NCBI GenBank assembly: GCA_001179505.1
Contig: CDMY01000759.1
Coordinates: 186,001-250,000 of the forward strand
From: Vitrella brassicaformis CCMP3155
Lineage: Eukaryota; Protista; Chromerida
Reading direction: 5' to 3'
DNA length: 64,000 nucleotides
Under the pieces are notes generated by a model, which worked only from the letters and a program-made list of their open reading frames with translations, searched no databases and was not told the DNA's origin. Below, one piece after another: positions 11,501 through 21,719 of this stretch. The position numbers were made by a program, and so were the translations under genes. Positions within the stretch are counted from its first letter, which is position 1. Each line of letters opens with the position of its first letter.

Positions 11501-13296
11501 AAGAGGGCCGACGGGGGCACCACACGCTCAGACATGACACCCTCTATCGACCACAGCAACCTGTGGGTCATCGATGACACACACACATAGAGGACACACA
11601 CACATGGAGGTCTGTCTGTCTGTCTGTCTGTGTGGTCCATTGGTGCCCTTCTGACTTGATAGTGGCGTCGTAAGGTTTGTTCCACCGCATGTGACTCGAG
11701 TGAAAGAACTCCAACCTACACACATCGACACACACATCCAATCCACTCGTGTGTGTTTGTCCATCCATCCACCCCCACACAGACAGACCTGATTTTGTAT
11801 TTCTGTCCGCCGACGAGCTTGATGGGCTTCTCCGACGTCGCTTTGCGCGTCTCGTCCTTGCCAGGCTGCGGGCCGAGCAGCGGGACGGGCTCGTCGGTGA
11901 GCTGTGGGGAGGGCGGTGGCGGCATGCGGTCGACAATGACGGCGTCCTGGCTGAGGAAGAGACGGCACCCTCCTGAGGCGATCGTGGTGAAGTGGTAGTA
12001 GCCCGTCTGCGGCGCCAGCACGTAGCCGTCCCACCGGGCGCTGAAGGCCGAAATGGGCACACCCTCGATCGGCGTCTTGTGGAAGAACTCAAAGTCAACA
12101 TCTAAACACACATCACATGGCATGGATGACACACAGACACATCAGATCAGATGACGTGCATATCTCTGTGTGTCTTGACTGATTGACTCACTCACTCACT
12201 TGGGTCGTCTCTGTACTTGGCGTCGCCGCTGAAGGTCGCACCGCTGAAGTACACGGCCCGGAGACCGTCGGCGAAGGGGGACTCCTCGTAGCCGGGCAAC
12301 CCCTCACCTGTGTGTGTGGTGTCTTGTCGTCTTGTGTGTGGTGTCCTGTGTGTCCTGTGTGTGAGCTACATACAGTTCTTGGAGTTGAGTTCCATGCTTT
12401 CCTCTTCCTTCTGCCGCTCCATCTCCAACGTCGATATGGCACTCTGTGGACTCAGTCAGCACACCAACCAACGAGTGTGGGTGTGCCCGTGTGTGTTGTG
12501 TGTGTGAGAGGCTGACTGAGTGACCTTGATGGTTTGTATCTTGTTGATGTTTGCCTCGACGCCCGCGATGCAGTGGTTGCCCTTGTCCAGCAGCGATTCG
12601 ACCTTTGAGATTTGGGCACCGACCGCCTCGTGCTCGGCACCGCACACCGTCTCGTAGATGGCTGACACACACATATATACAGCGTGTGTTCGTCTGTGTG
12701 GTGTCTGTGTGTCTGTCTATTAGCCCACATACCTTCTTCCTTCATGAGTCGGCCGCTCTCGTGGTTGAGTCGGTCGAGGACCACGCGGGCCTGGCTCGTC
12801 AGCTCGGTGAAGGCCTCGCTTGCGGACGAGCGGACGGCGTCGTAGTCGACCACCGGGACACAGTAGTTCCAGCCGTCTGGCCGGCCCTTGACCACCCGCT
12901 CATAGTAGCACCTGGTGACACACACACACAGACAAACCGAGACATGGATGTGTGGGCATGATGTGCGTACCACTCTCGTCCGGTGGCGCCGTCCGGGTTG
13001 GTGGCGTCGGTGCAGTCCGTGTAGGTCAGGCCGTCCTGCGCAAACGCCGCAGCGCACAAACGACCGTCGATGGTCTTGCGGTGCTGCTGACGATAACGAG
13101 TCAATGCCGCCAAAGGCTCTGCATACACAACAAACACAAGCACATGCAGTGACTGCTTGTGTTGTTTGTCTGTATGTCTCTCTGTGTGTGTGCTTGTCTT
13201 GCCTCTGTCGTATCCGACGTCTGTGATGGGTGGAGCTTGCTCGAGACTCTCAGTCACGAGGAGACTCACAAGCACCGACAGCAGCAGACTCGACAT
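8583..13296 (-). CDS. Secreted multidomain LCCL protein, CCp5/LAP-like (signal peptide, FN2, PA14/anthrax-PA, discoidin-like, LCCL)
   Basis: MSSLLLSVLVSLLVTES signal; FN2-like CAAAFAQDGLTYTDCT...EWCYY...WNYC; PA14-like FSARWDGYVLAPQTGYYHF...GGCRLFL...LVGGQKYKIRLEF; discoidin-like WRSS...SITVKFSKPVQINEFK; LCCL-like GSVYGDGLYAAESNLCKAAIHSG. This order matches the apicomplexan CCp5 architecture. Confidence 0.8.
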
Positions 13297-13577
13297 GGTG
13301 GCTGTCTCGCTGGCAGGCAGGCAGACAATGAGTGAGTGAGTCAGCGATTCAACTCTGGTCTGACTGTCTGCTCTTTCCTCTGCCCTCTGCGCAAGCTGAA
13401 GCGATGAGTGAATGAATCAAGCAATCCGATCGATCAATCACACTTCATACGTACATTTTTGTCGATCGATCCACGTACGTACATATGCCTCACTGCCCGT
13501 TGTGCATATGTTCGTGCCCCGTCAAGAAGGCGGTGTGATTGGAGCGAACACACACACATCATCACATCGTCACACCG

Positions 13578-14891
13578 TCACATCAGATGGTCATATGTGC
13601 CAAGAGCTGCCACGTCGCCGATGACCACGATCGCCGGCGACAGCTTCATCGCTGCGGTGGACAAAGAGAGAGAAGACCCTTGACAGTGAAGGCGCACGGA
13701 AAAGACTTTTCCTTCACTCACTCACTTTGCGTCAATCCACCGATCGTTTTGATAGTGCCCACCACTCGCCTCTGCCCCTCCCGATGCGCATTGTGAATCA
13801 CGGCGACGGGTGTGTCTTCCGACCTTCCATTAGTCAACAAGAACGAACATATGTTGGGCAGCGTCTTGCCTGCGCAAAGAGAAAAGCAGCCCTCGAGCAG
13901 TGCAGCCCTCGATCACTTTTGTCGGCTAGCTACCTGCCATCAGGATGACATATGTGTCAATGACGCCATTTGCAAGGGCAGTCCAGTCGAGCGACTGGAC
14001 TTCGTGACCTGATGCAACAGCCACCACCTTTGATTTCGTCTTGTGAGTGAGCGGGAGGACGGCTGCGGCGGGTGCAGAAAGAACAGATGACACGCCAGGA
14101 ACTGACGTATCACATGATAACAGACAACGAAGAAGCGCTTCGAATGATGGTGGTGTCTGGTGTTGTTTGGCGCTGGCTCACCGATCTCGAATGGTATGTT
14201 TGCATCCCGCAGCGACACTATCTCACTCCACACACGACCGAACACCAGGGGGTCCCCTCCTTTCAGACGAACCACAGCATGGCCCTCTCTCGCTGCACGG
14301 ATCAGAGGATGGCATCCACCGTGAATAGGACCGCCGGGTGATCAGTCGGCTGTGGAAAGCTCACCCTTCTCGACCAGGAGCTGGTCGATGTCTGACTGCG
14401 GAGTGCTGTCGTCTCGCCCTCCCCTCTTGCCAACATGGACAATCTCACAGCCTGATGCATGACACAATGACACCCGCATCGTGACAGGACCGCTCTCATG
14501 ACCCCCCGTGTGTACCTTCTGGGGCGAAAGAGAGTACATCTCGCTCAACAAGATCATCAGTCACCACCACAGTCGCTGTAGCTAACAGATGTGCAGCACG
14601 CAGCGTCATCAGATCTGTAAGAGGCGCACGCACCCTCGTGTCAGACGCATTGCAGACGATGCTGCTCTCGCCACGCGCACCTGCTGAAGCAGGACCCGCT
14701 CCCACCAGGTACACGCAGCCCGTCTTGCAGGCCCGTCCGGCGTCCGTCAAGTATTTCCACAGGGCCTTGTGTTTTCTTCTTCTCCTGGATCTCAGCAATT
14801 CCAGGCCAAGCGCAGCACCCAGGCCTGCAGCGACTCCCATGGTCACCAGAAGCGCCTTCTGCCATGATAGATCAGATCCCGTCATGAGCAT
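13578..14891 (-). CDS. UPM1: Uroporphyrinogen-III C-methyltransferase (SUMT; sirohaem branch)
   Basis: VYLVGAGP, LMTLRAAHLL, VVTDDLV, VHVGKRGG, VVRLKGGDPLVFGR, VPGVSS, SGHE, TYVILMAG, TPVAVIH, SPAIVVIGDVA; stop at 13578. Confidence 0.92.
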
Positions 14892-15136
14892 TCAATCTGA
14901 AAACAATAAAAAAGCCCAGGGAGTGTACGTGTGAGTCGGGATAAACCTGAACCCTTCTGCAAACTAAAAGAAGCCGCGAAGCACTTCAAGCTCGCAGCGT
15001 TGCCGGATAAGCGCGCAGGCGGATCGGCTGATCTCTCCTCCGCCGTCGCTCAGCAGCTCATTCGTCCATTCGCGTGGTGGTCCAACATAACCTGTGGTTC
15101 AGCAGCATGCTTACTCGAAGAAAGAGGAGAGTGAGG

Positions 15137-17025
15137 ATGCCATCACGAGCAGTGATCTGTGCAGTCATCCTTGCGCTGTCCACCAGCGGCAGCAGTGCTG
15201 TCAACAGGCCGGCCTTTCAGCCACCTCTTCCCTCTGAATCAAAACCACAGCTTGCCACGCTCAAGACGGCCGCCGCGCGGATCAAGCAAACAGATGCTGC
15301 CACGCCAGAGCAGCCGCGGCCATCTCAACGGCAAGGCCTTCAGCTGCGAGACGAAGATGGCAATCTCATCGACCCTGTCACCTCTGCCGGCTCATCGCCA
15401 CTGCCCTCGAAGAAGGCCAGTGACATCCTCCCACCCCGTCTGTACAGCCCCCTCTTCACGTCCTTGTTCCTTGCTGCCGCCGTACTGCCGTCCAACACCG
15501 CTTTCGACCCGTCTGGCTTTATCGGTCCCTCGGTGATAGCGGCTCTGGTCTTCTTCCACGAGCTCGGCCACTTTATCGCAGCGCAGCTGTGTGGAGTAGC
15601 CGTCAAGGAGTTCGCTGTTGGCATCGGCCCCCCACTCGTCTCATGGTCACCGCCACCCAGCCCACCAGAGGAGCCGCAGACGCCAGGAGTGACCGTCAGA
15701 CCCCTGCGCACACTGCGCCGGAGTGACCCATCGTCAAAACCCAGTCGGCAGCCGGCTCCCTTACAGAGCGACAGCGATGAGGGGTGGCGGTGGGGCGAGG
15801 GGACGAAGTGGTCGCTGCGGATGCTGCCGTTCGGTGGCTACAACATGCTGAGCACGGCGTGGGAGCAGAAGGAGGACGGCAAGTTTGTCCTCCTGCAGAA
15901 GCCAGAGCTGTTCGAGAACAAGTCGGCTCCCGAGAAGGCGCTGGTGCTGCTGGGGGGCATCCTTGCCAACTTGGCTCTCGCGTGGGCGTGCATCACGGCC
16001 GGTGTGGCCTGGAGTGGCGTGCCATCTGTGACGCCGGAACCGGGGATCCAGGTGAGTGTCAGAAACACACACGTATACCGACACGTTGTTTGTGCCTGTA
16101 CTTCTCTCGTTTGTCTGCGAGTGTGTCCCATCAGATTTTGAATGTCCGTTGTGCTGGTGAGGTTTCCCAGTCAGCCAGGAGCAGCAGCGTCGACGTGCAG
16201 CTGACCGACAAAGGCGAGCGGTGCCCTGCTGCCGAGGCGGGTCTGAGGCCAGGCGACGTCATACTCCAAGTGGGCGACCTGAAGATCCCCCCCGCCAAGC
16301 CGATCCCCCAGGACAGCAGGAACATCATCACCAAGGAGGTCATTCCGAGGATCGAAAAGTCAGCCGACGAGCCCCTGAGGCTGCTCATCTCGCGAGAGAC
16401 CAAGGCGCCACCATCAGCCACAGCAGCAGCAGCAGCGACAGACGAGCGTCCATCGTATCCCGTGTTGCGGTCGTCTCTGTCGTCGAGTGACATCTTTGAG
16501 GTGTACGTGCAGCCGCAGACCAGGAGCAAGGTGGTGGGCGGCACCACGGTGCAGTACGGCTCCGTCGGCATCGACATGGTCCCCAACATCGTCTTCAGCT
16601 ACAGGCGGCCCGAGTCGCTCTTGGAGGTCATATCCATCGGCACCAAGGAGTTCTGGATCGCCACCAGCACCGCAGCACAGGGCTACTTCCAGTTCTTCAC
16701 ACGTATGCTCACATTCACCCCCGACCCGTCAGTGCAGGGGCGGCTGGTGGGGCCGGTCGGCATCTCTAAGCAGGTCTCGGCCGTGAGCAAGACCGACTCG
16801 GCGCGGCTGCTGCCCTTCATTGCCGAGCTGTCGATATCTCTGGCGATTCTCAACCTCATCCCGCTGCCGATTTTGGACGGCGGGCAGCTGGTGGAGCTGA
16901 TCGTTGAGACGATCCGCGGCAAGGCCTTCGACCCACGCACTAAGGGGCGGGTGAGGGGCATTTTTATCGTCGGATTCGTCGTGCTGGCCCTGCAGACACT
17001 CGTGTCAGACATACTGGCGCCATAG
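15137..17025 (+). CDS. Plastid-targeted M50 intramembrane zinc metalloprotease, RseP/ARASP-like, with PDZ domain
   Basis: Signal + transit-like N-terminus; FFHELGHF (HExxH), EFAVGIGP, PFGGY, GILANL, PDZ-like AAEAGLRPGDVILQV, GPVGI, ILNLIPLPILDGGQL. One intron from about 16052. Confidence 0.9.
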
Positions 17026-17718
17026 AGGGTTGGTGGAGGGTGGGGAGGTGGGGGCTAGCTAGATGTATGTGTGTAAGAGAGATGCAGAGAGCTGTCTTTT
17101 TCGGTGCAGCTGGGGAGCAGGCAATTTTCGCACAGCCTCCTCATTGCATGATGATGGCATCGATCGATGCGTTCAGGTAGGCAGACAGACACAGACAGAC
17201 CCCCTCACTGTGCGGTTCGGTTGTCGGTCGGGGGGAGGGGAAATGAGCATTTTTGTCACTGACTCGCAGATTCATGGCTGATGTAGAGTTTGTGCCGTGG
17301 GTGGGTGGGTGAGTGTGGCAGGCGCTGCCGAGGGAGGGGGCCGGTAGGGAGCTGTTTTGAGGAGGGGTGGGTCGCGTGGTGTGCAGATCTATCTTCGTGG
17401 GTGCATGATGGATGTGTCAGCTGCGGTAGCACAAAGACACTGTGTGGACGTGTGAGTGTGTGACTGCAATGGACGTGTTGATCGAGTGAATGGCCTGCAT
17501 GCATGCCTGTCCCGTTTCTGCGATGCCCGCATCTCTGCTTTAAAGCTCGCAGAGAATGGCGGGGGAGAAGTGAATCGCTCATGTTTTAGAGGTCTGTCTG
17601 TGCAGGTACGGTGCAACTGCAACGGATTTCCCCAATGCATCGACCCCTTTGCTCTTGGCTTGGGTGTCACTCTTTCAGGTTCGTTAGCTGCCTGCCTTGG
17701 TCAGTGCGCGGCGTCACC

Positions 17719-18717
17719 ATGGATATCCTGAGGTGCCATTCCGCCATCGGGCGCCTACATAGCGTGTGGCAGACGATGGACGAGGCGCGCGATAAGGTCG
17801 ACCGCATGTTGGGTGTCCCGCCTGCGATGCAGCCGAGGGCTCCCGGCCGCGACGCGACGCTGCAGGCCCTCGCCAGGAAGCCCATCGAGCAGCAGCATGA
17901 GGTGTTGGAGGAGCTGAAGCGTCAGGCGGACACGGGGACGCGTGGTGTGCAGGACATCCAGGCTGGCGTCATACAAGAGGCCACGAGCCGGGGCCCGGCT
18001 ATTCACATCGAGGCAGTGCCGCTCAAAGGTGCGTCGAAATACGGGTCCGATCGGTCATGTGGTCTGTTTCTTCCATGTCGACAGATAGCTTCAAGCGCTT
18101 CCCCCTAATCATGCACCCGTATGACACCGTCGCCAGCGTGTGGGCCAAGATCCAGGCTGCTGAGGGCCGTCCCATCCCCAGTGGCTGGCGGCTCCTGTCA
18201 CCTGACGGCGAGTGCATGGGCGACTGGCAGACTCTGGCAGACCACAATGTCGAAGACGGTGACGTACTGTTTGTGGCGCCGGTGCAGCAGGGCGGTATGT
18301 TCCACTACACATCCGGCCGCTATGGCTTCTCGGTGTCCGCCGGCATCCCGGGCGGTGAGCCTGTCGAGAAGGCCAACAAGCGCATCGAGAGGGCCGAGGA
18401 CTTGCTCATCCGCATGGGCGTGACGCCCACTCAGGAGACGGTCGAGTACGCACTCGAGAACTATGATAGGCTGACCATCGCCGAGAAGCTGCCATATTCG
18501 GGTAAGCAATCAAAGGGCACTCGAGCGAAGGGCTCCGCTCTTGTCACGTGTGTGTATGCGTGTGTGTGTGTTTGTATGCGTATGTGCAGGTGAGTTGGTG
18601 GGCACGTGGGCGTCGCACGGTGGTGTTCTGGAGGTGGCCAGCTCCCTGGCGGACTCAATCGAGCACATGGCCACCGCCAGTGACACACTGGTGCGGCTCT
18701 TGCCCCACGCCTCATGA
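17719..18717 (+). CDS. Ubiquitin-like domain protein with internal di-glycine followed by an MFHYTSGR extension
   Basis: Spliced ...IHIEAVPLK|DSFKRFPLIMHPYDTVASVWAKIQAAEGRPIPSGWRLL...QTLADHNVEDGDVLFVAPVQQGG-MFHYTSGRYGF; last exon ends at TGA 18715-18717. Confidence 0.7.
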
Positions 18718-19152
18718 GCGGAGAAGGTGAGATAATCAGCTGCGAAGGAAGGCTCGATGCCCGCACACTAACCGTTCCCTCGTGTGTGTGTGGGTGTGTG
18801 GGTGTGTGTGTGTCGTGCAGGTAGCAGCATAGACAAAGCAGCATAGATGGCTGGCTGGCCGCCCGGATGGCAAGAAGGGGCGCCTAATGGCTGGATGTTG
18901 ATATCTATCAGCCCTTCTCTGCCTGCCTTACTTATCTGGCCATGGCCTCTCATCTTTCCTTGTGGTCAGACCTTGCTGGGGTCGGGTCGGGTCGGGTCGG
19001 CACAGGTATCTGTCTATGCATGTATGTATGTATGTGTATATTCTTCTGTTGCTGACTCGGTGGTGTGTGTGGTGTTTTGCATTGCATTATGGATGGGACG
19101 ACTCATTGTCAATACGTGTCGACTTCATAGGACTGTTTCTCTCTACTGACAG

Positions 19153-20947
19153 CGGAGAAGCCCATCAAGCTCGTCGGCGTCTGTCTGTCTGTCTGTCTGT
19201 GTTTGTTGTGTATGCAGAGCCTTTGGCGGCATTGACTCGTTATCGTCAGCAGCACCGCAAGACCATCGACGGTCGTTTGTGCGCTGCGGCGTTTGCGCAG
19301 GACGGCCTGACCTACACGGACTGCACCGACGCCACCAACCCGGACGGGGCCACCGGACGAGAGTGGTACGCACATCATGACCACACATCCATGTCTCGGT
19401 CTGTCTGTCTGTCTTTGCTTAGCTGACTGCAGCGGTGCGTGTGGCGTGACGTCTCCGAGTGGCCACTGCGACTTCTACGTGACGATTGTCGGCCCGCAGC
19501 CAAAGGGCTTCAGCAAGGGCGTCTCGCGTCGCGAGGTGTCGTCGCTTCGCCACGGCCCGTCGGGCTATGCACTGGCCTTTCAATCGCTCACGCCGCCGCC
19601 CTCCTTCCAGCCCGCCGCAGGCATGCAGGTAGATGTCAGAGTGGCCAACGGCACCTGGGCGGCCGCAGAGATCGCCGCCGTGTCGACGCTGCCCAACCAG
19701 CAAAAGGAAATCCTCGTCAAACTCACTCANNNNNNNNNNNNNNNNNNNNNNNNNNNNNNNNNNNNNNNNNNNNNNNNNNNNNNNNNNNNNNNNNNNNNNN
19801 NNNNNNNNNNNNNNNNNNNNNNNNNNNNNNNNNNNNNNNNNNNNNNNNNNNNNNNNNNNNNNNNNNNNNNNNNNNNNNNNNNNNNNNNNNNNNNNNNNNN
19901 NNNNNNNNNNNNNNNNNNNNNNNNNNNNNNNNNNNNNNNNNNNNNNNNNNNNNNNNNNNNNNNNNNNNNNNNNNNNNNNNNNNNNNNNNNNNNNNNNNNN
20001 NNNNNNNNNNNNNNNNNNNNNNNNNNNNNGCGGTGCTCAAGTACGAGTGGCCGAGTGCCGCCCCCTCGTGTGTGCTGCCGTGCGGCAGTCGGGTGCCGGG
20101 GCGCGCGTGTATCAAGACGGCACAGCAAAAGGGCGCCATCAGCTTCGCCTTCTCGTTCCAGCCCAGCGGCGTCCCCACTCCCGCCGGCTTCATCGCCGAC
20201 AACGGCCAGGAGCGGTCCACCAAAGCTGAAGTCGGCACGCCAGTCTTCGGCTGGACAAGAGACGCCCACAGAAACATCGTGCACTGCCCCCACAAGTCGG
20301 CAGCGGCGACCGACCCCCTCAACAGTTATGGAATTTCCTTCCCGCCGGCCCCCGAGACGCAGGAGTGCCGCGAGCAGCGAGTCGACTGCACGCCCAACAG
20401 CTGGACCGTGGCCGGGCTGCCGACCGGACGATACCTCGTGCAGGCCCAGATCGGCAGCCCGTGCGCCACTGTGGCACCGCAACACACACACAAGGAGGGC
20501 GGCACCACCAAACAGTCATTCGACCTCCAGGTGAGTCATTCATTCATTGAGTCAGTGAGGACGGCACCATGGGCAGCCTGTCGATCGATGTGTGGATGGG
20601 TGCGTGTGTGTTTGTGTGCAGGTGAACGGCGTGTCGTTTGTCAAGCACAAGAAGCTCGCCGCAGGACAAATCTACTGGGTCAGCCCACCCACCCACAACA
20701 CAACACAACACAACACAACACATGGATGGATGGATGGATGGACGACACACATGTGCGGCTGTTGTGAGTGATGTGTGTGCAGGCGAGTGGTGAGGTGACA
20801 GTGGACGACAAGAGCATATCGGTGACGGCAGAGTGCATGGCGAGCGGCGCGTCGCGCGAGAGTGTGTGTGGCCACAGCCACACCACACTCATGGCGCTCA
20901 CCATCCAGCGAGCCGCACAGCCCACACCAGACAACGATGACCCATGA
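19153..20947 (+). pseudogene. Inverted, internally deleted partial copy of the CCp5-like gene (FN2 exon joined to post-LCCL exons); contains gap 19730-20029
   Basis: About 19200-19400 matches the reverse complement of about 12935-13150; about 19400-20947 matches the reverse complement of about 8583-9885; 19153-19179 is a 27-nt piece of the PA14 exon (about 11808-11834). No signal-peptide exon is seen. Small substitutions and 3-nt insertions relative to the parent. Confidence 0.72.
19730..20029. other. Assembly gap (300 N)
   Basis: N run inside the duplicated CCp5 segment. Confidence 1.
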
Positions 20948-21719
20948 GACACAGACAGCCAGAGAACTAACTGAGTGGATGACTAACTGAGTGGATGGAC
21001 TAACATCGTGATGCATATGTATGTATTTGATCCATGAGTTGATCGACGGTGAATGGATGGATCGAAGGATGAGTTGGCTTGAGTGAGCATTAATTGCACA
21101 CTTCGATCATGCATTCGATCATGCATGGTGCATGGTCCCTTTCACGCATCCACACGTACGTACATCCACCCAATTTGATATATATGCACACACCATCCAC
21201 ACGCGTACGGTACACGAAGGCAGTGGCGTCCAACTTCCCCGTTGACCCCACTGCCCGTCGACCTGGGCAGTGAATTGCACAAGCACGATCGAAGGGACGC
21301 TACTCACACAAACATACTTGTGTGCCCTGACTTTCCATCCATCCATCCATCCGTCCATCCAGCTGCAGCTAGGCAGGCAGATGTCTTTTGTGTCTTTCCT
21401 CTCTTTCAATCGGTACATCGGCCTCTGTCTGTCCCCCCATGACCACAGCCACCAAGAACGATCGAAGGCACACTCTTGCACGAGCTGGCAGTCGGCCGTC
21501 AATGGCTGCTGGAGCATAGGGGAACGAAGGCCGAGGTGCTCATCAACAAAACAGACTGGACAAGTGAGTGAGTGAGTGAGTCATCGCGTGATCTTCTTCC
21601 TTGCTTGCTTGCTTGCTTGCTTGCTCACCCACAACACACACACATACGCGACACCAGGCAGGCATCGTTCCCTTCCCGTGCACACAGATGGATACACACA
21701 GACAGCACGCCAGGTACCC

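Noticed and set aside
21119-21600. Possible extra 3' exons of the phosphatase, or a separate small gene
   Set aside because: I could not build a frame-consistent, motif-bearing splice path; it is probably UTR.
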